A stretch of 64,000 nt of DNA, from IMG/VR virus record IMGVR_UViG_3300021226_000189; one strand, 5' to 3'. Of this stretch, positions 6,390 through 14,197 are shown piece after piece. A program made the position numbers and the translations under genes. The notes under the pieces were generated by a model that worked only from the letters and a program-made list of their open reading frames with translations, did not search any database and was not told the origin of the DNA. The DNA comes from a virus. Within the stretch, counting starts at the first letter, position 1; every line of letters starts with the position of its first letter.

Positions 6390-7493
6390 TTAAGGGAATA
6401 GTTGTTCTTGGTGGAAAAAATAATAAATTGCTGCTTGGGAAATAATCAAAATCATGAATGCCGCGATTACCCATCCTGTGGGGATAAGAAAATCGGTATC
6501 CTGATACATCGTCCATTCATGAGGTTGGAAATCTTTACGAACAATTTGTTTTAATTCTGTTAAGATATCTCCATTTACTGGTTCCGTCAAGAAAAGGGTT
6601 TGGATATTTTGTTTCACTAATTCACTCTTCGACCATCCAAAAACATAACACCAATCTGAGGGTGCGTTTTTAACACCTCCATGGCAGATCACCAGATCAT
6701 TCTTTTTACCGTTTTGCCAATAAGCCTGAATGTATTTCGCCTTTTCAATACTATCAGTCTTTACTAGGATCAGGTTGACATGTTTCTGTGGTCCGAGCGC
6801 ACTGTTCATCTTATCCCAATTCCAAATATTGATTGCCACATCACCAATAATTCTCGATGATCCAAATGTGGAGTTCTTGGGGTATTCAGGTAATCCCATC
6901 TTTTGCGCTTCTTCTTTGGATATTTTTTGATAATTATGCAATGTTTTACTATTTTTCAAAGGATTGGACCATGTTCTGGTTTCCGTCAAGGGGTAATCAC
7001 AAAATTCAGGATCATCATTCACCCAAGAAATATAATCATTTCGATCACCGCTATCGTAATTGGGTCGATAACCCTTTATTACAGACACACCGTGCTTTTT
7101 GGAAATCTGATCAAAGAACCAAGGCTCAATGTTGAATTCTCCAAGAGTCGTTTCCACATACCATTTAGGATAATGTGTTTCATGTCTCGTGACCAATCGA
7201 GTATGAGTCTGACTTCTTCCATTACTATCGGTCGTGGTATATGTTTCCAATTCCTGCCATTCTGCTTCCCACTTGGGAATGTGAACTGCTTTTTCAACTT
7301 TACCTGAATAAGTCTCTGTATCTCTTTGACTGGAACACTTCGACAAACCCAAGATCATCGAAATTGTCAGCAGAGCAGCGGCGATTCCCACACCGCTCTC
7401 TCTGATATCAATTGTATGGAATTTAATCCATGCGAAAATCCCTGCCGCAACAGGGATAATCATCAACAAGAATAACCAATATCCAAATGTCAT
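6390..7493 (-). CDS. Membrane protein (367 aa; N- and C-terminal TMs)
   Basis: Hydrophobic ends and large soluble middle; directly adjacent to the LemA-like gene. Confidence 0.8.
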   Translation of the reverse strand: MTFGYWLFLLMIIPVAAGIFAWIKFHTIDIRESGVGIAAALLTISMILGLSKCSSQRDTETYSGKVEKAVHIPKWEAEWQELETYTTTDSNGRSQTHTRLVTRHETHYPKWYVETTLGEFNIEPWFFDQISKKHGVSVIKGYRPNYDSGDRNDYISWVNDDPEFCDYPLTETRTWSNPLKNSKTLHNYQKISKEEAQKMGLPEYPKNSTFGSSRIIGDVAINIWNWDKMNSALGPQKHVNLILVKTDSIEKAKYIQAYWQNGKKNDLVICHGGVKNAPSDWCYVFGWSKSELVKQNIQTLFLTEPVNGDILTELKQIVRKDFQPHEWTMYQDTDFLIPTGWVIAAFMILIISQAAIYYFFHQEQLFP

Positions 7494-8053
7494 TACTTGA
7501 TCCAGCTTGAGTTATCTTCGCCTGTTCGGAAATTCTCTTTGGTTTCCGCACTTGTCACAATCACCACTTGAATCTCTTGTTTACCAAACATTTTAAGAAT
7601 CATTCCTGATGGGAACTGAGTGATCATATCGTCTCCTTGTCTCTTGATTTCCAAAAGACGGGTTTGAGAGAATTGCCAATCCTTTCTACCAGCGACCAGA
7701 ATGTTCTGTAGATTCGCCAAAGTCTTAACTTCGGTAATTGTCGGCACTGCTTCACGAACCATACCAACAGTCACCAATTGACCATCTCCTGCGGTGTTGC
7801 CACCTCTTGCCTGAGCATAACCCGTGATGATATTCGTCAGAGCTTCTACTTCCTTATCGGAAACCGCTGCTGCTTCTCGAATCGCTTTTCGTGTATTATC
7901 CAATACGTTTTTATTATCTTCTTGTGTAGCTTTCGCCAGATTCTCCAATTTCGTGTAGCTATTGAAGCTACCGATAGCGGAGAACAAGAAGATAAGACCA
8001 AGGAAGATAAAGCTTCCAACAACAACCAATGATGTAATTAATGTTTTATTCAT
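7493..8053 (-). CDS. LemA-like membrane-anchored protein
   Basis: N-terminal TM, FNSYTKLEN..., helical body, C-terminal FPSGMIL pattern as in LemA. Confidence 0.55.
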   Translation of the reverse strand: MNKTLITSLVVVGSFIFLGLIFLFSAIGSFNSYTKLENLAKATQEDNKNVLDNTRKAIREAAAVSDKEVEALTNIITGYAQARGGNTAGDGQLVTVGMVREAVPTITEVKTLANLQNILVAGRKDWQFSQTRLLEIKRQGDDMITQFPSGMILKMFGKQEIQVVIVTSAETKENFRTGEDNSSWIK

Positions 8054-8062
8054 TTCGCAAGT

Positions 8063-8123
8063 ATCTTACTCTATTTTTTATGGAAGTCAATAGACTTGAC
8101 AATTATAAAAACTAAGGTATATT
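8063..8123. promoter_or_regulatory. Divergent sigma70-like promoters carrying the array motif in their spacers
   Basis: Plus strand: TTGACA(8096)-N16-TATATT-N6-ATG with AAAAACTAA. Minus strand: TTGACT(8090)-N16-TAAGAT-N9-ATG with AAAAAATAG. Confidence 0.75.
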
Positions 8124-8129
8124 CCAATC

Positions 8130-8342
8130 ATGAACGCAAACGAAGACAATTATTTATTATTCATGGGAGCATTTTATTATCCACAGAGAGCATGGGATGA
8201 TTATGTAAATTCTTATCCCGATCTGGAGTCTGCACGAGAAATAGCCAAATCGAAATTAGAACCATTCGAATTTGATTGGTATCAGATCGTGGATATTCGA
8301 ACCCGATTGATTGTGGAGGAAGGACAAGTTGATAAAAACTAG
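8130..8342 (+). CDS. Hypothetical protein (70 aa)
   Basis: ORF ends on the TAG of an array-type motif. Confidence 0.75.
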   Translation: MNANEDNYLLFMGAFYYPQRAWDDYVNSYPDLESAREIAKSKLEPFEFDWYQIVDIRTRLIVEEGQVDKN

Positions 8343-8356
8343 AATATAATACTGAC

Positions 8357-8722
8357 ATGATCACGATACAAACAATTATTTCAATACTATTTTTTCATTG
8401 GTTTTTTGATTTTTTTCTTCAAACAAGAGAGATGGCAAATAATAAAAGTAAATCCAATTTTTATTTGGGGCAGCATGTGGGACTATATTCCTTCGGCTTG
8501 TTATTAGTGGCAAGCTTTATATTCCCAAATAATGTTATTGAATGTCTATGTTGGATTGGGATCAACGGTGTTGCGCATTTCCTCACAGATTATGTGACGA
8601 GTCGCGCATCATCCGCTCTCTATAAAGAAGAAAGATTTCATGAGTTCTTCTGTATAATTGGGCTTGACCAGCTTATTCACTATGTTACATTATTTGGAAC
8701 TTACGTTTGGTTGAAAAATTAA
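8357..8722 (+). CDS. DUF3307-like membrane protein
   Basis: HWFFDFFLQ, HFLTDY and GLDQLIH motifs; AAAAACTAG-AA-TATAAT-N6-ATG promoter. Confidence 0.75.
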   Translation: MITIQTIISILFFHWFFDFFLQTREMANNKSKSNFYLGQHVGLYSFGLLLVASFIFPNNVIECLCWIGINGVAHFLTDYVTSRASSALYKEERFHEFFCIIGLDQLIHYVTLFGTYVWLKN

Positions 8723-8735
8723 AAAATATGAAATT

Positions 8736-9083
8736 ATGGGAATTAAATTATTCAGTAGTGGGTCATCAACACCACAAACACCTTCTTATTCAGTGGTGAA
8801 TGTTTTTGAAAAAGAAAAATATGTCTCCCCAAATCCAAATCCTTTTAAATTCAAAGTTCTGAAAGAGGAAAGGTTAGACAGGGGGATGATTCTTTTGGTG
8901 AATTATGAAGGTTGCACAACATTCAATGGAAATAAATTACTTTTACTTCGTTGTAAAATCGACCTGAAATATTTTGGAAAACTTGATCCACATATTTTGG
9001 GGGATGATCATATCGTTTGCGCTCGTTTTGAACCTACGGAGCAAGGATGGGAAATGGCGAGAATGGCTGCGAATTGTCTTTAA
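8736..9083 (+). CDS. Hypothetical protein (115 aa)
   Basis: ORF; DPHI...ARFEPTEQGW motif. Confidence 0.75.
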   Translation: MGIKLFSSGSSTPQTPSYSVVNVFEKEKYVSPNPNPFKFKVLKEERLDRGMILLVNYEGCTTFNGNKLLLLRCKIDLKYFGKLDPHILGDDHIVCARFEPTEQGWEMARMAANCL

Positions 9084-9105
9084 AAAACTAGAATACAATA
9101 CTGAC

Positions 9106-9309
9106 ATGAAAGACAGATATACATTATATACAGAACTTAATGGAGATCAATGGATTTCCGCTCCCATGAATGGAGGAGACGTTGGTGATCTTTCTGATAT
9201 CGTGGAAGAACTTAACGCGCTTTATGATAAAAATAAAGCATATAAAAAAATAATTGAATCATATGAAAAAAGACTTGGACTTGACAAGCGGGTCGAATAC
9301 TCCCGATGA
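9106..9309 (+). CDS. Hypothetical protein (67 aa; start corrected from track 8974)
   Basis: AAAAAACTAG-AA-TACAAT-N6-ATG at 9082-9108. Confidence 0.7.
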   Translation: MKDRYTLYTELNGDQWISAPMNGGDVGDLSDIVEELNALYDKNKAYKKIIESYEKRLGLDKRVEYSR

Positions 9310-9373
9310 ACTTCACAATTTCATCATTGCTCACACTTTGTAAGAAATGACTCGACAAATAAAATTTTTATGA

Positions 9374-10108
9374 TTAATTTTTTTTCCAATAACCTCTTGG
9401 TGGTTTATTACCACCAATTTTAAGAACTCTCTTTTCAATTGCTTTATCACTGACTCCTAATTCTTTAGATATTTGAGATGTCGGTTTTTCCCAGACCATT
9501 TTCATCAATTCTTCATTTGTCGGCCAAGTTATTTTATTCTTTTTTTCAACACTGTTGAGATTTTTTATAAAACAAGATTTACATTTTGTAGATTTTTTAT
9601 TGATAATATCACCACAATCCTCGCAACGATTACCATACTTATCACTCTTTCTCTCGTTCGATGTTTTAATACGATGACAATTAGGACAAATAAATTGTAA
9701 ATTTTCTAACCGATTATCATGTGGATTAGAATTAACGTGATCAATATCTAATGTAATCGGGTTATCGTTCCACACCGACAAACCACATATATTGCAGCAG
9801 TATTCAACGCCATGATAAATCATATAATCTTTTAATTTTGCAGATTTTAATCTGTTACCGTTCGGTAAAGGTTTATCATACGATAAGATTTGATAGCTTC
9901 GCAACTGTTCACCTTTTATTTTATATCTTTCTTCATCAGTTAAAAAATGATCTGTTGAAATTCCATATTCCTTTATAAGATTTTTAATCCATGGATAAGA
10001 CCCACCGTTTAATTTGACTCCCAAATTAAGAAATATTTCCGAATACATTCTTGAATTTTTAACAGCGATTTCTATTTCTTCTTTTGTATATTTACGATTC
10101 TTTTTCAT
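9374..10108 (-). CDS. HNH homing endonuclease
   Basis: CNICG...LDIDHVNSNPHDNRLENLQFICPNCH; extra Zn finger and HTH-like tail. Confidence 0.9.
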   Translation of the reverse strand: MKKNRKYTKEEIEIAVKNSRMYSEIFLNLGVKLNGGSYPWIKNLIKEYGISTDHFLTDEERYKIKGEQLRSYQILSYDKPLPNGNRLKSAKLKDYMIYHGVEYCCNICGLSVWNDNPITLDIDHVNSNPHDNRLENLQFICPNCHRIKTSNERKSDKYGNRCEDCGDIINKKSTKCKSCFIKNLNSVEKKNKITWPTNEELMKMVWEKPTSQISKELGVSDKAIEKRVLKIGGNKPPRGYWKKN

Positions 10109-10187
10109 AATTATAATTATTTAGTATGTGGGTTCGATTTATCAATACTTGACAAATCAGAATCTTATGATTAAATACTTACTCAGT

Positions 10188-10263
10188 CGCGAGGCAATCA
10201 GTAGTGGTACTGAAATAGTCTCATAAGCTAGGCTTCGGTGTGGATTAAACCCCACCGCAACCA
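10188..10263 (+). tRNA. Atypical tRNA-Met(CAT), initiator-like
   Basis: CTCATAA loop, D arm CAGT/ACTG, 5' CGCG and 3' CCGCAACCA as in fMet; poor acceptor pairing and non-canonical T loop. Confidence 0.55.
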
Positions 10264-10266
10264 AAA

Positions 10267-10341
10267 GCGTCTATGATGTAATCGTTAGCATCCGATCCTT
10301 CCAAGTTCGGTGTGTGGGTTAGAGTCCCACTGGACGCTCCA
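10267..10341 (+). tRNA. tRNA-Gly(TCC)
   Basis: GCGTCTA/TGGACGC acceptor, CTTCCAA loop, CCA. Confidence 0.9.
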
Positions 10342-10350
10342 TTTCATCAG

Positions 10351-10458
10351 ATGAAATTTAAAAAATTACGAAAGAAATTTAAAACGGATTACTCAACTTG
10401 CAAATGGTTGAAATGGTTTAAATGGAAAAAAACTTGTAGAGATAAAGATTATGATTAG
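10351..10458 (+). CDS. Lys/Trp-rich peptide (35 aa)
   Basis: Translated by hand: MKFKKLRKKFKTDYSTCKWLKWFKWKKTCRDKDYD; end overlaps the next start. Confidence 0.45.
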   Translation: MKFKKLRKKFKTDYSTCKWLKWFKWKKTCRDKDYD

Positions 10459-10768
10459 AATTAAAATAATAGCGGACGCTTCATCATTCGGTGCTAGAAT
10501 CGCACTATTCAAAGATGATGATAAAGTAACATCTTTAAATTATGAACTTTTAGATGATCTTACGTTCCTATCTTCAAAGGATACACTATTCAAAGGACCA
10601 GAATTATCATTGAAAGATGCAGTGTTTGAATTGGCTATAATGTTGAAGAACGATAGTCCAGAAAAATTGAATGATGTTTCAATTGATGAAATTGTGGAAG
10701 CGTTTGAAGCTTTAATTGAAAAATATAAAATCAAAAGATGGGATGGGGGATACCTACCCTTTCAATAA
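10451..10768 (+). CDS. Hypothetical protein (105 aa)
   Basis: ORF track. Confidence 0.7.
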   Translation: MIRIKIIADASSFGARIALFKDDDKVTSLNYELLDDLTFLSSKDTLFKGPELSLKDAVFELAIMLKNDSPEKLNDVSIDEIVEAFEALIEKYKIKRWDGGYLPFQ

Positions 10769-10773
10769 TACAT

Positions 10774-11010
10774 ATGAATAAAGTAGAAATCAAAATGGAG
10801 AAAATTGAGATCAAATCTCACCCCCGTAAATTAAAAGGGGATTGGAAAATTGAAATTGATCCTGAACCAATCTGTTTGTATTATCATCCACCGATATGGG
10901 AAAGAGTATGGGATAAGATTCTGAATTTATTTGGTAAAAGAAAAAATCATATTTATGATGAAATCACAAAAGAATTTGAAAATAAAAAAAAATTGAAGAA
11001 AAAGACTTGA
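10774..11010 (+). CDS. Hypothetical protein (78 aa)
   Basis: In-frame ATG after the upstream stop. Confidence 0.6.
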   Translation: MNKVEIKMEKIEIKSHPRKLKGDWKIEIDPEPICLYYHPPIWERVWDKILNLFGKRKNHIYDEITKEFENKKKLKKKT

Positions 11011-11045
11011 AAAAGTTACGAGGAATGCTAAATACTAATAACAAC

Positions 11046-11108
11046 ATGAAATACGAACAATATAATCAAAACAAGCCAGCGACACCGAATGGGTGGCGGC
11101 GTGAATGA
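11046..11108 (+). CDS. Putative leader peptide MKYEQYNQNKPATPNGWRRE
   Basis: Lies between TTGAAA-N16-TAAATA promoter and terminator hairpin. Confidence 0.55.
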   Translation: MKYEQYNQNKPATPNGWRRE

Positions 11109-11140
11109 TTGTGTTTTAGTAAGACATATTGGATTTCGCG

Positions 11141-11166
11141 CCTCATCTGAAAAGATGGGGTTTTTT
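11141..11166 (+). terminator. Intrinsic terminator upstream of tRNA cluster (attenuator-like)
   Basis: CCTCATCT-GAAA-AGATGGGG-TTTTTT. Confidence 0.8.
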
Positions 11167-11245
11167 ATTTTAGAGGTGAACGAAGCGACCTGAACTGCTA
11201 GAGAGTGGTGAAAGACTAATAGAGAATGTTGAAATATATTTTTAT

Positions 11246-11320
11246 GGGATCATAATTCAATGGTAGAATAACTCCCTTTTAAGGAGTAAGCTGAAGGTTC
11301 GAGTCCTTCTGATCCCACCA
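11246..11320 (+). tRNA. tRNA-Lys(TTT)
   Basis: Cloverleaf, CTTTTAA loop, CCA. Confidence 0.95.
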
Positions 11321-11322
11321 AT

Positions 11323-11398
11323 TCCCAAGTAGCTCAGTTGGTAGAGCAAGCGGCTGTTAACCGCTGGGTCGTAGGTTCGAACCCTACCTTGGGAGCCA
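11323..11398 (+). tRNA. tRNA-Asn(GTT)
   Basis: Cloverleaf, CTGTTAA loop, CCA. Confidence 0.95.
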
Positions 11399-11403
11399 TT
11401 AAT

Positions 11404-11479
11404 GCTTCTATCGTCTAAAGGTCAGGACAAAGGATTTTCAATCCTTAGATCGCGGGTTCAAGTCCCCGTAGAAGTACCA
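11404..11479 (+). tRNA. tRNA-Glu(TTC)
   Basis: Cloverleaf, TTTTCAA loop, CCA. Confidence 0.9.
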
Positions 11480-11482
11480 TAT

Positions 11483-11556
11483 GCCTCCATAGTTCAATGG
11501 TAGAACTCCCGATTTGTAATCGGGTGATGCAGATTCGAATTCTGCTGGAGGCTCCA
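11483..11556 (+). tRNA. tRNA-Thr(TGT)
   Basis: Cloverleaf, TTTGTAA loop, CCA. Confidence 0.95.
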
Positions 11557-11565
11557 TTTTTTAAT

Positions 11566-11652
11566 GCGTTAGCGGCGAAGTAGGAGAGTCGCGGCGGTCT
11601 GTAAAACCGCAGCCTTCGGGCTTAGTAGATTCGAATTCTACCTAACGCACCA
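11566..11652 (+). tRNA. tRNA-Tyr(GTA)
   Basis: Cloverleaf with long variable arm, CTGTAAA loop, CCA. Confidence 0.95.
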
Positions 11653-11662
11653 TTTTTAACAT

Positions 11663-11740
11663 CTAGTCGTGGTGGAGAGGTCTAACACACCTGCTTTGGA
11701 AGCAGGAACAACGTTCGTTCGAATCGAACCGACTAGACCA
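11663..11740 (+). tRNA. tRNA-Pro(TGG)
   Basis: CTAGTCG/CGACTAG acceptor, TTTGGAA loop, ACCA. Confidence 0.9.
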
Positions 11741-11750
11741 TTTTTTCAAC

Positions 11751-11827
11751 GGGTCATTAGTTCAGTTGGTAGAACGTCTGCCTTGCAAGCAGAATGTCGT
11801 GGGTTCGAGTCCCACATGTATCCACCA
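11751..11827 (+). tRNA. tRNA-Ala(TGC)
   Basis: CTTGCAA loop, G3-U70, one bulged base in acceptor stem, CCA. Confidence 0.9.
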
Positions 11828-11836
11828 TTTTTTAAT

Positions 11837-11912
11837 TGGGCGTTGGTGTAATCGGCTAGCACCGCAGATTTTGATTCTGTTAGTAGGGGTTCGAGTCCTC
11901 TACGCCCTACCA
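11837..11912 (+). tRNA. tRNA-Gln(TTG)
   Basis: TTTTGAT loop, 1-72 mismatch, CCA. Confidence 0.9.
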
Positions 11913-12079
11913 CTCATATTATCTATCCATGGAACACGTGGAGGATTGTCCATCACTCTATCAACAGATTGTCTAAATTCCCAATCCCAAGTGTAACGAT
12001 CCATGATTTCCTCATCAATTTCGTTTAATATCAATTGAACACATTTATCAACAACATTCTCATCATTCCATTCTTTCAT
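11900..12079 (-). CDS. Hypothetical protein (59 aa, MKEWNDENVVDK...)
   Basis: Translated by hand; last 13 nt overlap tRNA-Gln; downstream of TTGACA-N16-TATATT at 12178-12151. Confidence 0.5.
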   Translation of the reverse strand: MKEWNDENVVDKCVQLILNEIDEEIMDRYTWDWEFRQSVDRVMDNPPRVPWIDNMSGRA

Positions 12080-12194
12080 AATATTACCACCATTGCGCTA
12101 ATTTCATACACATCCTCACCTATGATAACTCTTTTGTTTTTCACAATCTCAATATAACCCATTTCCTTCCTCTGTCAATAGATTAAATAATACC

Positions 12195-12668
12195 ATGCGA
12201 ACATTTCTAGAATCATTCTACGATATCCAAGAGCTATCCCCAAATACTACACTCCAAGATATCATGAATACTCACTATCTTAAAGTTTATCGCTCATCGG
12301 CTCGACCTGAAAAAAATGATTATCAATCAGGTTCTCACGCAGGAACTTGGCAACAAGCCATGATTCGTGCTGATTACATGATCAACGATGAAGGTAAATT
12401 TGACAAGTATTATCTTTACGAATTGATTATCCGAATTGAGAATGTGTATCCCGAATTATTACCTGATGATGGAACAGATCATGGATATGATTACTCTAAG
12501 AAATTGGGGAATTATGATATCGCGTTCTATAAGAATACAGGAGAAGGTGATATCAGAAATGAAAATCTTTCCGTTATTATCAACAATCCTGATAGCGTGG
12601 TTGAATCTAAGATGGTTAGGGAGATTGATGGAGAGTATTTAACTTCCATTCAGAAAGAATTGTATTAA
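12195..12668 (+). CDS. Putative ADP-ribosyltransferase-like protein (ART-PolyVal-like)
   Basis: KVYRS...GSHAGT..QA...YDIAFYKNTGEG...SVIINNP pattern; TAAATA-N5-ATG. Confidence 0.45.
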   Translation: MRTFLESFYDIQELSPNTTLQDIMNTHYLKVYRSSARPEKNDYQSGSHAGTWQQAMIRADYMINDEGKFDKYYLYELIIRIENVYPELLPDDGTDHGYDYSKKLGNYDIAFYKNTGEGDIRNENLSVIINNPDSVVESKMVREIDGEYLTSIQKELY

Positions 12669-12676
12669 ATAAAATA

Positions 12677-14197
12677 ATGAAAAATTTCCATAAATTGTAT
12701 CACAAACTCATGCGTGAGTATGTGGAAGATTTTGACCAGAAATGGGATAAAGCTGTTTCCGAATCCGAAGAACTTCAAGTTGCTTTGGATTTGATGAAGA
12801 ATATCAAAGCGAAATTGAAAGGTGAAATCTATATCGTCGGTGGTGTTCCTCGTGACTTGCTCATGGGTAACGCAATTGATGATGTGGATTTGGCTACCAA
12901 TATTCCCGTGGAACAATTGAAGAAACATTTTGAATTGAGAAATATTTCCAAGAACGATTCCCAACCAGTATATGCTATCCTCTGGAAAGGATATGTTTAT
13001 GATTTGGCAAAATTCAGAACTGATTCTGGCGACATTGGTAGACAAGCCAATGTCTCAACCGAGACTGATTCATTCCAAGCGGATACGGAACGTAGAGACC
13101 TAACAATCAATTCTTTCGGATTGGATGAGAATGGTAAGATCGTAGATTATCAAGGTGGTCTGGAGGATTTGAAAAACAAAATCGTCCGTGCTGTAGGAGA
13201 TGCCAAGAAGAGATTCATGGAAGATGCTACAAGGATTCTTCGTGTTTTCCGATTCGCCGCCAAGATGGATTTCGAAATCGAGGAAAATACTAAGAAAGCG
13301 GCTATCGAATTAAAGCATTTGCTTCAAGATCCAAAAGCGATTTCCAAAGAAAGTATTTCAAAAGAATTTTATAAGTCTGCCAAGACTGGTAGAACGCTTG
13401 CAAATTTCTTGAAGAAATTACAAGATACAAAAATCCTACATGATATTCTTCCTGAATTCACGCAGATGGAAGGTTTTGATCATGATCCACAACATCACCC
13501 TGAAGGAGAATCTCAAGTATTAGGACACATCTATGAGTGTCTGAACGCTTCTCCTTACAAAGACCCTGTGATTAATTTAGCTGTATTGTTCCATGACTTT
13601 GGAAAAGCTACGACTAGAGGTAAAAAAGACAATGGATTCAGTAGTTATCATGGTCATGAAGCTGCTGGTGTTCCTATTGTTGAAGGGATTTTCGAGAGAC
13701 TAAGATTCAATGAACTGTCTCAGCAAGACAAAAAAAATATCTTAGCAGCGGTGGATAAGCACATGCTCATCCACAATCTCGATAAATTAAATATTAAAAC
13801 ACTCACAAAATTGATTCAAAACCCTGCATGGGAAACAATCAAAGCAGTTGGTTATTGTGATGAAGCATCAAGAGGTTCTGGTCTCTTTAATGAACAAGAA
13901 TTTTGGGATAAAGTTAAAAGAGCCGAAGAAAAAGTGTCTAAGATTGGAGGCTCAGAGGATGAAACTAGAAAACGTCTGAAACAATATTTCAGCGGAAATA
14001 AATTGATGGAATGGTTCCCGATTCTTATTAAGGATAAATCAAAGTTCAGGGATATCACATCCGCATTACAAGAATATACTCTAGAAGAATTGAATGCTGG
14101 TAGAGAACCAAAAGAAGACGAAATGAAAACGATTGCCGCAGGTATTCTGAAAAACAATCAGTTTAATGAGTGGTTTGATTATTTCAAAAGAAATTAA
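12677..14197 (+). CDS. cca: CCA-adding tRNA nucleotidyltransferase with HD domain
   Basis: VGGVPRDLL, DDVDLAT, RRDLTINS, EDATRILRVFRF, HHPEG, LFHDFGK. Confidence 0.95.
   Translation: MKNFHKLYHKLMREYVEDFDQKWDKAVSESEELQVALDLMKNIKAKLKGEIYIVGGVPRDLLMGNAIDDVDLATNIPVEQLKKHFELRNISKNDSQPVYAILWKGYVYDLAKFRTDSGDIGRQANVSTETDSFQADTERRDLTINSFGLDENGKIVDYQGGLEDLKNKIVRAVGDAKKRFMEDATRILRVFRFAAKMDFEIEENTKKAAIELKHLLQDPKAISKESISKEFYKSAKTGRTLANFLKKLQDTKILHDILPEFTQMEGFDHDPQHHPEGESQVLGHIYECLNASPYKDPVINLAVLFHDFGKATTRGKKDNGFSSYHGHEAAGVPIVEGIFERLRFNELSQQDKKNILAAVDKHMLIHNLDKLNIKTLTKLIQNPAWETIKAVGYCDEASRGSGLFNEQEFWDKVKRAEEKVSKIGGSEDETRKRLKQYFSGNKLMEWFPILIKDKSKFRDITSALQEYTLEELNAGREPKEDEMKTIAAGILKNNQFNEWFDYFKRN

Noticed and set aside
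11669-11996. Track ORFs 11669-11851 and 11766-11996
   Set aside because: They overlap well-formed tRNA genes
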